A stretch of DNA of 64,000 nucleotides from Octopus sinensis (lineage: Eukaryota). The notes below the pieces were generated by a model, which had not been told where the DNA came from, searched no databases, and was given only the letters and a program-made list of their open reading frames with translations. The DNA lies in assembly GCF_006345805.1 (NCBI RefSeq), contig NC_043001.1, forward strand, positions 75,516,001 to 75,580,000. The letters run 5' to 3'. The translations under genes were made by a program, and so were the position numbers. Positions 53,640 to 64,000 of this stretch are shown in pieces (position 1 is the stretch's first letter; every line of letters starts with the position of its first letter).

Positions 53640-54927
53640 TAAACTGTTGGAAAAAAATCCAACATCGGACTGCAACAAGTAACTTAGATGCCAGGAAGCT
53701 TCCTAAGTATCTTAGCTGTCCCTAATAACATTGTTTTCTGGAATTATACCTATTTTGGCAAAATATTTTGAAACATCTAACGAATGGATGCTAAAGCCCG
53801 TTGAAAACCATGAAAGACGTAAGAAGCCTCGTTCTGTTATGAAGGAGAGCAAAAACTTTTCATGTGTTTTATGTATAATATCCTGGTTGAACAGCATGAT
53901 GGAAGTGCAGCAACTGCAGTTGCAGAGAAGGTGAAATCAATAGCAAAGTAAAATGCGTTTGATAGGTGAGAACAAAAGCCTCTGCATGGCAAATATGTAG
54001 CCCGTAGCAATGTAGACCAGAAGCACACCCATCGGTGGCTACGGAGCTCAGTGCTAAAGGCAGAGAGTGAAGGCTTTACTTTGGCTGCCCAAGATCAGAG
54101 CTCATTGACCCAGAACTATCAAGCCAATCTGATGAAAAATGATGTGGACCCAAAGTGTCGATATTGCACCGATGGGACAGAAACAGTGGACAACCTAATC
54201 TCTGGATGTAAAGTTTTAGCACTTGTAGAGTACAAATCAAGACATGACAGAGTTGGCCAATAACTACATTGGATAATGTGTGGGCATTATAAAATGAAAA
54301 CTGCTGACAAATACAAATAGTACAAACACCACGCTGAGGCTGTAATTGAAGGAGAAAATGTAACTATTCTTTGCAACTTCTCAGTATGTACAGACCGCAC
54401 CACCAAAGCAATTAAACCAGATATTGTTGTGAAAAACCAAAACAACAAAGTTTGTTTGTTGATTGACATGAGCATACTCTGTGATCATGAAATTTCAGCA
54501 AAAGAATTTGATAAGCTCAGAAAGTATAAAGATTTGCTAATCGAAATCGAAAAGATGTGGGATCTCCAAACGGTTACAATACCAGTGATTGTAGAAGCAC
54601 TTGAAATGTTAAAAAAACGGAACTTAAAATGATTTAAGAATGATCCCTGGCTTACCATCCATGCAGGAAGTGCAGAAAATTGTCTTAACTGGTACGTCAC
54701 ACGTATTGAGAAGAGAATTGTCGTTGTGAATTTTCTTATCTTTTTCTCCTTTTTTATTTGTTTATTTTTTATTTTTTATTTATCCATTTTTCTTTCTGTC
54801 TCCCCCAATTTCTCTATTACTCGACTTTGTAAATGAACAATCTAGTGTGTGTATTTTCATGATCTGCCAAAGTATATACTACGTTTCTCTGCCCAAGAAA
54901 TGGAAACAATTGAAAGATGCTAATGAA
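53640..54927 (+). mobile_element. Degraded R4/Dong-type LINE 3' half ending in (AAT)n
   Basis: ESEGFTLAAQDQ...CRYCTDGTETVDNLISGC...RHDRVG, KPDIVVK...LIDMS...KLRKYKDLLIEIEKMW...IPVIV (PD..D RLE); (AAT)n follows at 54928. Confidence 0.88.
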
Positions 54928-55015
<88 letters not shown>

Positions 55016-56746
55016 TTTTCTACTAAAGGCACAAGGCCTGAAATTTGGTGGGATGGGACTAGTCGATTACATCGACCCCCTGGGTTTCCCTGCTACTTAA
55101 TTTATTATTATCCTTATTATTATTATTTGCATTATAATCTAGTAACATAGCAATACTGGTAATGAGTCTAGCTAGTTTGTTGGCTGAACTTCAAGTTGCA
55201 ACCCGCTTCTTTCGCTATTTAGTGTATTTCGATATGTAACAAACATAGTATGAACTAAGCATCAGTATTTGTTTGCAATGCAGTAATGACTTTGTTGGTA
55301 CTTGTTAGAAATGACTACCGCTTAAAACTTGTTTCAGTAAACTGCAACTATGGTGTTATCAAGTTGTAACTCCTGCATTTTCGTCATCCAATCATTGAGT
55401 CAAAAGCCTTTCGTCATCCAATCATTGAATCAAAAGCCTTTCAAGTAAATGACATTTTTTGTCGCTCTTTAACATTTTCAGTTCCAGTTCATTAAGAAAG
55501 ACCTCATCAATTATTATATAAAGCTTGACTTTACAGCTCTGCTACTCTCAAGGTATTACATATTCTTTCTTTTTCTCAGTCTCTTTTTATATTTCCGTTC
55601 GTTTTTCTGTTTTTCCCTTATTCTTTTTGGCTTTCGCTGTTCAGTTAATCTACATTTTTTTTAGAATAAAGATTACCACCAGACAAGTAGTAACAAATAG
55701 TTACACAGGTCATCTGTTCGCTTTTCTTTTTCGCTGAGATTATTGCAGTTCTGACATTAAGCATTAGCTCTGAGATGTTTAAAAGTGTTGAATATTCCTC
55801 TATCCTGGTATTTCAGTGTATATTAAATGGAAAAAATTAATAATTCAAAATATTGCCAATGTCCAGACTTATACTGAAACTCCTTAAAGAAAACCCCAAA
55901 TCAAATTTCGTATTGGTTTAGGCAGACGGTGTTTCAGTTTTTATTTTGCTATTAATCCTTCCTGCCTAAAATTATTTCTGTTGGATTTATTTTCAAAACT
56001 AAACTTTAAAAATATTCCTCTTGATTTTATAGTAAGCATTTTATCAAAGTCTTTGTTGTTAGCATAAATTGTTCTATAGGACTTTTGAATTACTGCATGT
56101 TATTTTTTCCAAAGCAGATACTAAGAAAACATTCTTTAATTGAGTGCCATATGCTATACTTTTTTTAATATGATATCTGAGACTAATTTATACAGGATAC
56201 GGCCGAACTTCTCCCAAATTTATCATTCTTGATGTTTTAACAACAAACACATGATATGTACCATTGCACTCCATGATGATAACAAGATACAAACAGTAAA
56301 ATATTAGCTACATGAAGACAGCGTTATTTCCTATCTAAGTTCATTGGCGGCGGCAGAGAGCAGTATGAAAAGAACCTATGGGAGGTTTTTCCTGTTGCAA
56401 ACTGTAATTAAATTTCGTGATCGTAGTTATTTTGGTTCAACGTATATATTGTATTTATCATCAGACGATACGTAACTTTGTTAAATTTTCTAAAGGCATT
56501 ATCTACTGCTATCTAGGTTGTTTTACTTGCTTTGCAACAAAGAATGTCCATTCTACTTTTATTTACTCTTTACTGTACATAATTTACTCTTCCAATTATC
56601 GTATTCTGTGGTTGTAAGTTTTGCCTTTTGTAACAATGCATTGATTATTTATAGTATAGACTATTGTTGTGAGTATGCAAGCGTATAGGAAAATGTTTAA
56701 ATTGGTAATAAAATGGATATTGTAATGTTGTGATTAATTATCTCCC

Positions 56747-56808
<62 letters not shown>

Positions 56809-56966
56809 TATTATTATTGTTGTTGTTGTTGTTGTTATTACAGTCTTGGGGTTGACTAATACTCTTTGAGCAAAATCTGTTCTATACAATTGGTGCAGAA
56901 ACCTCTCTCGTCGTGTGTGTGTAGAGAGAGATGGGGATGCATGTTTATGATGTGTTATATATGTTT

Positions 56967-57005
<39 letters not shown>

Positions 57006-57044
57006 TATATATATATATATATATATATATATACGTTTATATAT

Positions 57045-57086
<42 letters not shown>

Positions 57087-59025
57087 TTAATGTCTGTATG
57101 TGTGTGTGTGACTGTATATGTGCGCGCTCGCACGTGCATTTATGCATGTATATGCACTTGCTCACACACATACACTCGCACTGCCGCTCTTTTTGACGAT
57201 TTATAAGCAATATATGATGGTTGTTAAGTATTTATATAATTGGAGTAAAAGCAAGTTTATTAAAACAGCTATTTATAAAATTATCTACATATAATTTGCT
57301 TATCAAGACGAAAGGTTTAGAAACTTTGAGTGAACCCTATGTCAATGACATGTTTTGTGATTGTAGTTATAACATTAAATACTGTTTATAGACGTTGACC
57401 ATCGCCTAGATATATTTCATCATGTTGCCCCTAAAGATAAATTTAGTTCCCAAATATCGCGAAATGTGTGATTAATAGTTCCATGCACAATGTTAATATT
57501 TGTGATACATCTCGACAACAGTTGAAATCAGAATCTCGAATTTATTTTGCTGCTTTGCCGTTGGCATCCATAGAGCAAATAATGTATCTACCAATGGACA
57601 ATGGAGACTGAGATATGGAAAACTGACTGAGCTATGCAACTACGTTTGAAAGAAAATGTAACAAGTCCCGTTGATACAGCAATATCTCTTCGTAGCTTCC
57701 AAATATGCAATAATTGTTCGATTGAAAAGAAACTTACCAAAGCCATCACGATCATGAATAATTCAAACATGTGAATAAGGTTTATTGCTTCGTATGGCAT
57801 TCTTTAAAGAGTCAAAAGCATGTGATTACTTTAGAATCGATATTTCGTTTCGACTCTCTTCTTCGGTTCCTTTTCGCTACGTCGAACAAAATGGCAAAAA
57901 CTGTTGCATCCGGTACAGACAATCCAAAGATTACTAGGAGACCGGTAGTCCCATTTCAGACACGGGAAGTTTGAAAATTAATGAGAACATGATTCTTTAA
58001 ATTTCTATCGCTATAACCATTAGGATATTCATGTCAATTTTCTTCGTTAGACATCTTGTGATTTTGAAAGAATCCTAACGCTTCTAATATTTCACAAGAC
58101 AATATATTAGAGTGCGTTGATCTCAATTCGTTTTTTTCTTCTTTTCTTTCAATAAATTTTCAATACATCAGGTTCATAGATTAATGTTTCAACTCCATAA
58201 ATATGAGCTTGTGATACCAAATCTTCTTAAATATAAACTTGAAGTATAAACACTGTAATGATACCTTAATTTCTAAATTATCGTAAGAAAATCTGTATTC
58301 ATTATTAATGAAATTCACGTACAAGTAATGGTGACAGAGAAAGAATTGCAGGAAAGAAAATATATTTTTGTTCTACCACCTTCTTTTTATTGATTTGCAG
58401 CATAGATTGTTCTTGTCCCGCAACATACGATAAATTGGTTTAACGATGATCAGTGGTATATCACACCGTATTTGTTTATCGAATAACAGTTAGATAAAGA
58501 CATCAGCATTAGAAACGTAATATGGATTTACTCAAGAACTTTATATAAATGGATGCAACCTGCTCAGTAGTGAAGATAAGAAAGAATTTTATTCTGCCGT
58601 CTAAACTATTCGCTTTACTCTTTGTTCTCGTTATTACTGTACATCTCTCCGAAAGAATCCCCATAAACTTTTATAAGAGAACAAATCTTATAAGTCTCAT
58701 TACATGAAAGATCAAAGTCTCTTTCCTTGTTGTAAATCACGTATTCACTCATTGGAAAATAAATAATGGAAAGCATTCGAAATCGTCTTAAATGTTTTTA
58801 CATCTTTCAAATCTAATTTTGAACTTTAAACTCAACAAAGGCAAACATTTAATGTTGTAGGAGAATCCATAACTCAAAAATAGTAATCTTAATTTTAAAT
58901 CTAACGTTATTGAAAATATATAGAAAGAGAAAGAGATAGTTACTAGAATGAAGAAAGATGTGTCAGAGAATAACAAAGAGTGAAGGTAGGGAAGAGAAAG
59001 AGAGAGAGAGAAAGAGAGGGAGAGC

Positions 59026-59057
<32 letters not shown>

Positions 59058-59789
59058 CTGGATAACCACCCCGCTTTTGATTAGCAATTATGTTTTTTTC
59101 TAAAAATAAAAGATGGAGAAAAAACTGATGTCAAAGAATAATAAAATATTAAATATTAAATATAAAAAAGAAAGCAATGAAGAACTTAGTATTTTTAAAT
59201 GATGAGTGAATGATTAAATACTTTCATGGGAATATTTCTGTCTGGCTAAATAATTAATTTTCAATTGCTTTGATATGAATATCCATTTTGGCATTTATTA
59301 TAATGTTATCAATAATTCAATTCACTTCAGTTATGTACATATGTAAGTATGTTTAAGAAAGCAGTGAAGCATAGAGTTAACTGAATTATAAACAAAACAT
59401 TATTTCGTAGTAAGTGGCATCTTTTTTATATCAAAGTACACTTCACTTAAAAATTCTCTAACAGCAATTTGTTTTCCATTTCCAATTTTGTAGACGTAAA
59501 TTTGATAAGAACTGACAGAACGGTGCAAGCAGCTTGTATGAGGATAAAATAGGATTTTACAAACTTTTCCACAGTCAAAATAGAAATGACAAGTCCAGCT
59601 TTGGAGATTTTCGTTGTATAGAAATACGAATACTGTATTTTCAAAGTGAGTCTGCTTGTGTAATGGGATGAGATTGAAATGAAGGAAGTATTCATGTGAC
59701 AAAACCATGACACCTGTGCTTTAAGCCAAGTGATAATTCTTGCTTAGGTGATCATATTATAATAGTCTATCATCTGGATTGTCTACCAA

Positions 59790-60060
59790 ACAACAGAATA
59801 ACAAATAACTACCACTCCGCTGTACACCAGTCTCTGTTTTTGCAAACAGTTTTATATCATCCATGTATATAAGGTGGTTGAGATGAGGCGCGTTCTTTCT
59901 CAGCTCAAAGTACACGCTGACTTTGCATAGGACTACAGAAAATTGAACACAAATACTTCTTTTGATTGTTACATTGGCTAAATGCTGGTTGTTACAGAAA
60001 AGACGTATTTTCCAACTAGGTATGCTATTGTTAATTAATACAGACACAGTTTCAACTACT
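59790..60060 (-). mobile_element. RT fragment of an R4/Dong-type LINE
   Basis: WKIRL...LANVTIKRSI...HLNHLIYMDDIKLFAKTE (YMDD catalytic motif). Confidence 0.75.
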
Positions 60061-60110
60061 ACACTTTTGATTATTATTATTATTATTATTATTGTTATTG
60101 TTGTTGTTGT

Positions 60111-60400
60111 TAGCCTGCGCGCGTAAGCGAAAGCAGGGTATTGTAATCACTCATCCTTGCTTGTTTTTGCAAAATCACTGGAAAACAGTTGAATGGATTT
60201 TCACCTCATTTGGCAGAAATACTCATTGGGTGAGTGGCGTGAAATGATCAACATTTGGTTTGATTATCTTATGAAAAAACAAAATAAAAAATTTCAAAAC
60301 TCGAACTTACAAGTGGTCATATTATTTTGTTCATTTTCATTTTCATATGAATTGACCCTCATCTGCGAGTGTATAGATAATGGTGTACCTATGCGCGTTG
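60111..60400 (+). mobile_element. Possible Helentron-associated non-autonomous element (HINE/DINE-1-like)
   Basis: Starts in a T-rich context with the short hairpin CCTGC...GCAGG followed by GTATTGTAATCAC, then ATGGATTTTCACCTCATTTGG; architecture resembles HINEs; 3' end not defined. Confidence 0.4.
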
Positions 60401-60414
60401 ACACGTGTAGATAA

Positions 60415-60472
<58 letters not shown>

Positions 60473-60494
60473 CATACATACATACATACATACA

Positions 60495-60525
<31 letters not shown>

Positions 60526-62325
60526 GTGACTCTGTATGTGTGTGCGTGAGCGCACGTGCGTGTGTAAACACGGATAGATTCGAGTGCTCCTTTTATTTAC
60601 GAGCTGGTTTCTTAATTTCACCGTAGTATCAATACTCGTAATGGTGATAATTAAAAAAAATATTCAGTTCAATCAAAAAGCATGGGTGAGCAACGCATTG
60701 TAAGCCACAATATAATTTGCGAAAACATTTATCTGTCCGTAGGGTATGTATCACCCCCGCGATGCCTTTTCTTTTTCATTTTACATATGTTATTACACTT
60801 TAAGATGGTTAACAGAGATGATATCAAATTTGGTAATGACAAGTTCTCCCAGATCTCAAGAATCTTTCTTAGGCTTTTTGCTCAAAAGGATAACACTGTT
60901 CTGCAGGTCGACTATGCATATTTCAATTCCAATATCCTTCATCTTCTTAGGAAGCAGCTTTCACATACTTAACAGAGCTGATTGAATCATCTGCATTATA
61001 AAAATTTCTGCATCCTGATATTCTGAATCTGCTTAGTTTTCTTCGTAAACACTCTACTATTATACGGATTGCAAAACCAATACTTTTACACTACGTTTTT
61101 GTTTCCACGATAAAATTTGGTCATATTGCTTCACAGTATAGTCATCAGTATGGAGAAAACCCATAAATTCCACTAAACATCATCCATCATCACAGACTCT
61201 GGACTGTATTCAAACTAATTTTACCGCAATTCAAACCTAGAAATCGGGGTCGTCCGAACGCACTTTTTTGTCGATACAGACATACTTCTTTTGTTTTTGT
61301 ACTAGCCTTCCTGCACTCAGATGATAGTTAATACTTTCGTCATTTTTCCACACATTCTGAATTTGATGTCTTACTGAGTTTATTAATCTTTTTATCTTTC
61401 AAAATTCAATCTATTGCCTTGTTTCTAAGCGGTTGTAATTAACGATTTTGGCTCTCGTTTCAGCTCTTTGTCAGCTACAATTAGGGTTGTACATTTTCTA
61501 CATGGATTTCTTTCTCTTTCCAGGTTTTTGTGCTCTTAAAATTTGCATTATTTCATTACCTTATTCGATATTTCTTTCTTCAGATATTTCGTCCTCACAA
61601 TTTATAACGTAGTTGTCATACCTAACAGAGCTTATTGAGTCATCTGCACCATACAAATCTCTGCACCCTTCACTTTTTGGTAAATACCTCCAACATTATG
61701 CCGATCATCACGTAAGCTAGCCACAGAAAATGCGATGAAATTAGGAGTGCAGCACATGTACTCCAAATGCTATAACTATGGTAGCCAAAACAGCTAGACA
61801 CAAAATGAAAGAGAAAAGCAATGAATTATTGCTAAGAAGCGGTAGATTATGTTTCTGCGTTTAAGGAGAACGCTCCGCTGTCAGTACCAGAAACTGACGA
61901 GGAAGAGGACAGTTAGATACTGCTGAAGATGTGTTCACAACAATGCTAGTGAACCCAAATTATCACTAGAATACCGGCAGCAGTACCATTTCATTGTCGT
62001 ATGACGAGAAGGTATGAACGAGAAAAATCCAAAATGTCAATGAGAACGCGAAAAATGAAAAAAAAGTCACACCAGAAAAGAACATAAAATAATGTAAAAT
62101 AGAGAAGCCTCATAAGAACAACAATGATGAAAGTATAAGGTGAAATGAAAATCACCTTTTCTACGTTATAGAAAAAATGTAATGTGTACGTTGCCTTGGT
62201 GTATAACACATACAGAAAACATATAAGGTTTGAATTGAAGAGATATTTAAAAGAAAGGCACTTCTGTAGACAAATAAACTTTATTATAATCAGATAAAAG
62301 AAAAGAGTCGTAAGGTTGTTTTAGA

Positions 62326-62867
62326 TTGTCCGGAAGGTTCTGAGCGTTTTTAATATACAAAAAAGAGATATAAATAATTGATCTTTCAATAAATTTTATT
62401 CAATGAAATAATTTCCATTATTATTAATGACCTTTTCTCATAAGGCAATTTAATATTCCATCCGCATAAAATTTGACTGATTTTGAAGAAAAACAGTTAT
62501 CTAGATGCATTTCGACTCCATCTAAATCGTTAACTGTTTTTCCTTGCAGTGAGTTCTGTAAAGATACAAACGATTGGTAGTCGGGTGGCACAATATCAGG
62601 AGAATATCGTGGATGGGGTAAGAGATCTCAGGCAAGTTCACGTACCATTTTACGGGTAGCCAAAGATACATGTGGTTAGACAGTGTCTTCGAACTCCTGT
62701 TGGCAATATTCCGTCTCAATGTTTTGATTTTTTTCGTTCAAATTAGCCGGCTTACGACAGTACACATCAGAATTAATGGTCTGGTTTTGTGGGATAAGCT
62801 CATAATAAATAATGCATTTATGATCCCACCAAACACAAAGCATAGCGAAATTGTCACTCGCCCCCAC
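62326..62867 (-). mobile_element. Mariner transposase fragment with one TIR
   Basis: MLCVWWDHKCIIYYELIPQNQTINSDVYC (mariner catalytic-domain motif); TIR-like TTGTCCGGAAGGTTCTGAGCG at about 62326. Confidence 0.8.
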
Positions 62868-63001
62868 TCACTCTAGATGTAAATGATAGTGGTAGTAGCA
62901 GGGAGAGTAACAACAGCAATGACAACAACAACCACAGTGGAAGTGTCAGGAGTATTGGGAATTCGATAAAGGAAACATGAAATATAACTAGAAGCAGTCA
63001 G

Positions 63002-63778
63002 TTGTACAAGGAAAATACCACTACCACTACGACCACCACACAAATCAGTAAAATTTCGAACAAAGAAAGCGAAGGTCCAGATAGAAATAACGTTTCCTTC
63101 GCAAAAGTTACAAATAAGTTTGGAATCATGTTGTTAAAGGATAAGGAAGAACATTTAAAGGACGCTGAGTGGATTATAAGAAGTGAAGGAAGAAAGGCCA
63201 CACTAAATGTGTTTCAAAACTTGCTACAGGTAACAAAAAAAAGAAAACATTTGTTTGTGCAGATCTCTGTCCATGAAAACAAGAAGACTGGAAGAAATAC
63301 CGAGCTCTGCCTGAAAAATACATGGGGGAATGTCAGCTTTGCCTTCCACACCCCAAAGTTCGACTACATCAAGGTCATATTCCTATTTGAATCACTAGCA
63401 CAAAAACATTCAACTGTCCTATTAAAAATGGAGGAGTTTCCTTTATTTCCCATCTATCTGGGATTGAGAGTGATCCGAATAAAAATAAGTAACATGCCAC
63501 CAGAAATCAATTTCTTGTGGGTAGTGAAAGCCGTGGTGCTGGAAGATCCTAGAAGTCCACTAGAAATCCCCAAATCCCAAAAGGAGAACTGGGTTGGGAT
63601 AGAGTTGGAAATTCTACTGCAAGTAAAACCAGAAACTGTAGAGAAAATTCCCTACCTGCAGGTGATCGTGGAAGAAAGAAGGCCGTGATGTTACTTCTGT
63701 GGCGATTCAGGTCACATCAGAGTCTATTGCCCGAAGGAAAGAAGGATAAGAGGGAAAATGAGCCGCAGCAACCATTAA
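63002..63778 (+). pseudogene. gag/ORF1-like frame with CCHC zinc knuckle (retroelement ORF1 relic), interrupted by TGA
   Basis: The 228-aa ORF ends VIVEERRP*; the same frame continues CYFCGDSGHIRVYCPKER (CX2CX4HX4C); Thr/Ala-rich low-complexity flanks. Confidence 0.6.
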
Positions 63779-64000
63779 TACTACTGCAACCACAACAACA
63801 ACTGCGGCAGCAAGAACAGCAAAAACAACACCAGCAGAGAAAATTGGATATAACAGTATCCACAAAAACCACTACAGCATCGGCAGCAGCTGGAGCTACA
63901 ACAACTGCTGGAGTGGAAACAACTGCACAACATCAAGCAGAATGCACTTCACAGCAGCAAAACTACATCAAAACCAGCAATAACAATGGCAGCAACAGGG

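Noticed and set aside
52200-61650. Very old LINE relics (e.g. YRYLG on the minus strand near 52690, also 55300-56350 and 60700-61650; FAD-like motif near 2560)
   Set aside because: Only isolated motif hints; family and boundaries cannot be supported without a profile search.

Overview
Very AT-rich, repeat-saturated eukaryotic DNA with no host protein-coding gene that I can support. The SINE repertoire and the density of (TA)n/(AAT)n/(CA)n/(GATA)n microsatellites resemble cephalopod (Octopus-like) genomes; this is an inference. Almost all ORF-track entries are microsatellite artefacts. Real content: (1) one young, 5'-truncated Penelope-like retroelement (PLE) at 36731-40578, inserted in (TA)n, with a stop-free RT + GIY-YIG ORF carrying Naiad-type motifs and a hammerhead ribozyme (HHR) near its 3' end; (2) a cluster at 24.4-25.7 kb of short (TA)n-embedded segments carrying four hammerhead-like motifs of three designs, one a compensatory U3-A8 core variant; (3) several degraded R4/Dong-type LINEs beside (AAT)n tracts, one nearly full length with a possible decayed HDV-like ribozyme at its 5' end; (4) RTE LINE fragments, Helitrons (a complete non-autonomous copy, a composite copy, Pif1-helicase fragments), mariner relics, Tigger/pogo- and hAT-type MITEs and many tRNA-derived SINEs; (5) unexplained structures: a 120-bp near-perfect hairpin, an inverted pair of a 557-bp non-coding element, and a gag/ORF1-like zinc-knuckle frame at the window end. 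Boundaries of degraded elements are approximate, and no folding or database searches were run.
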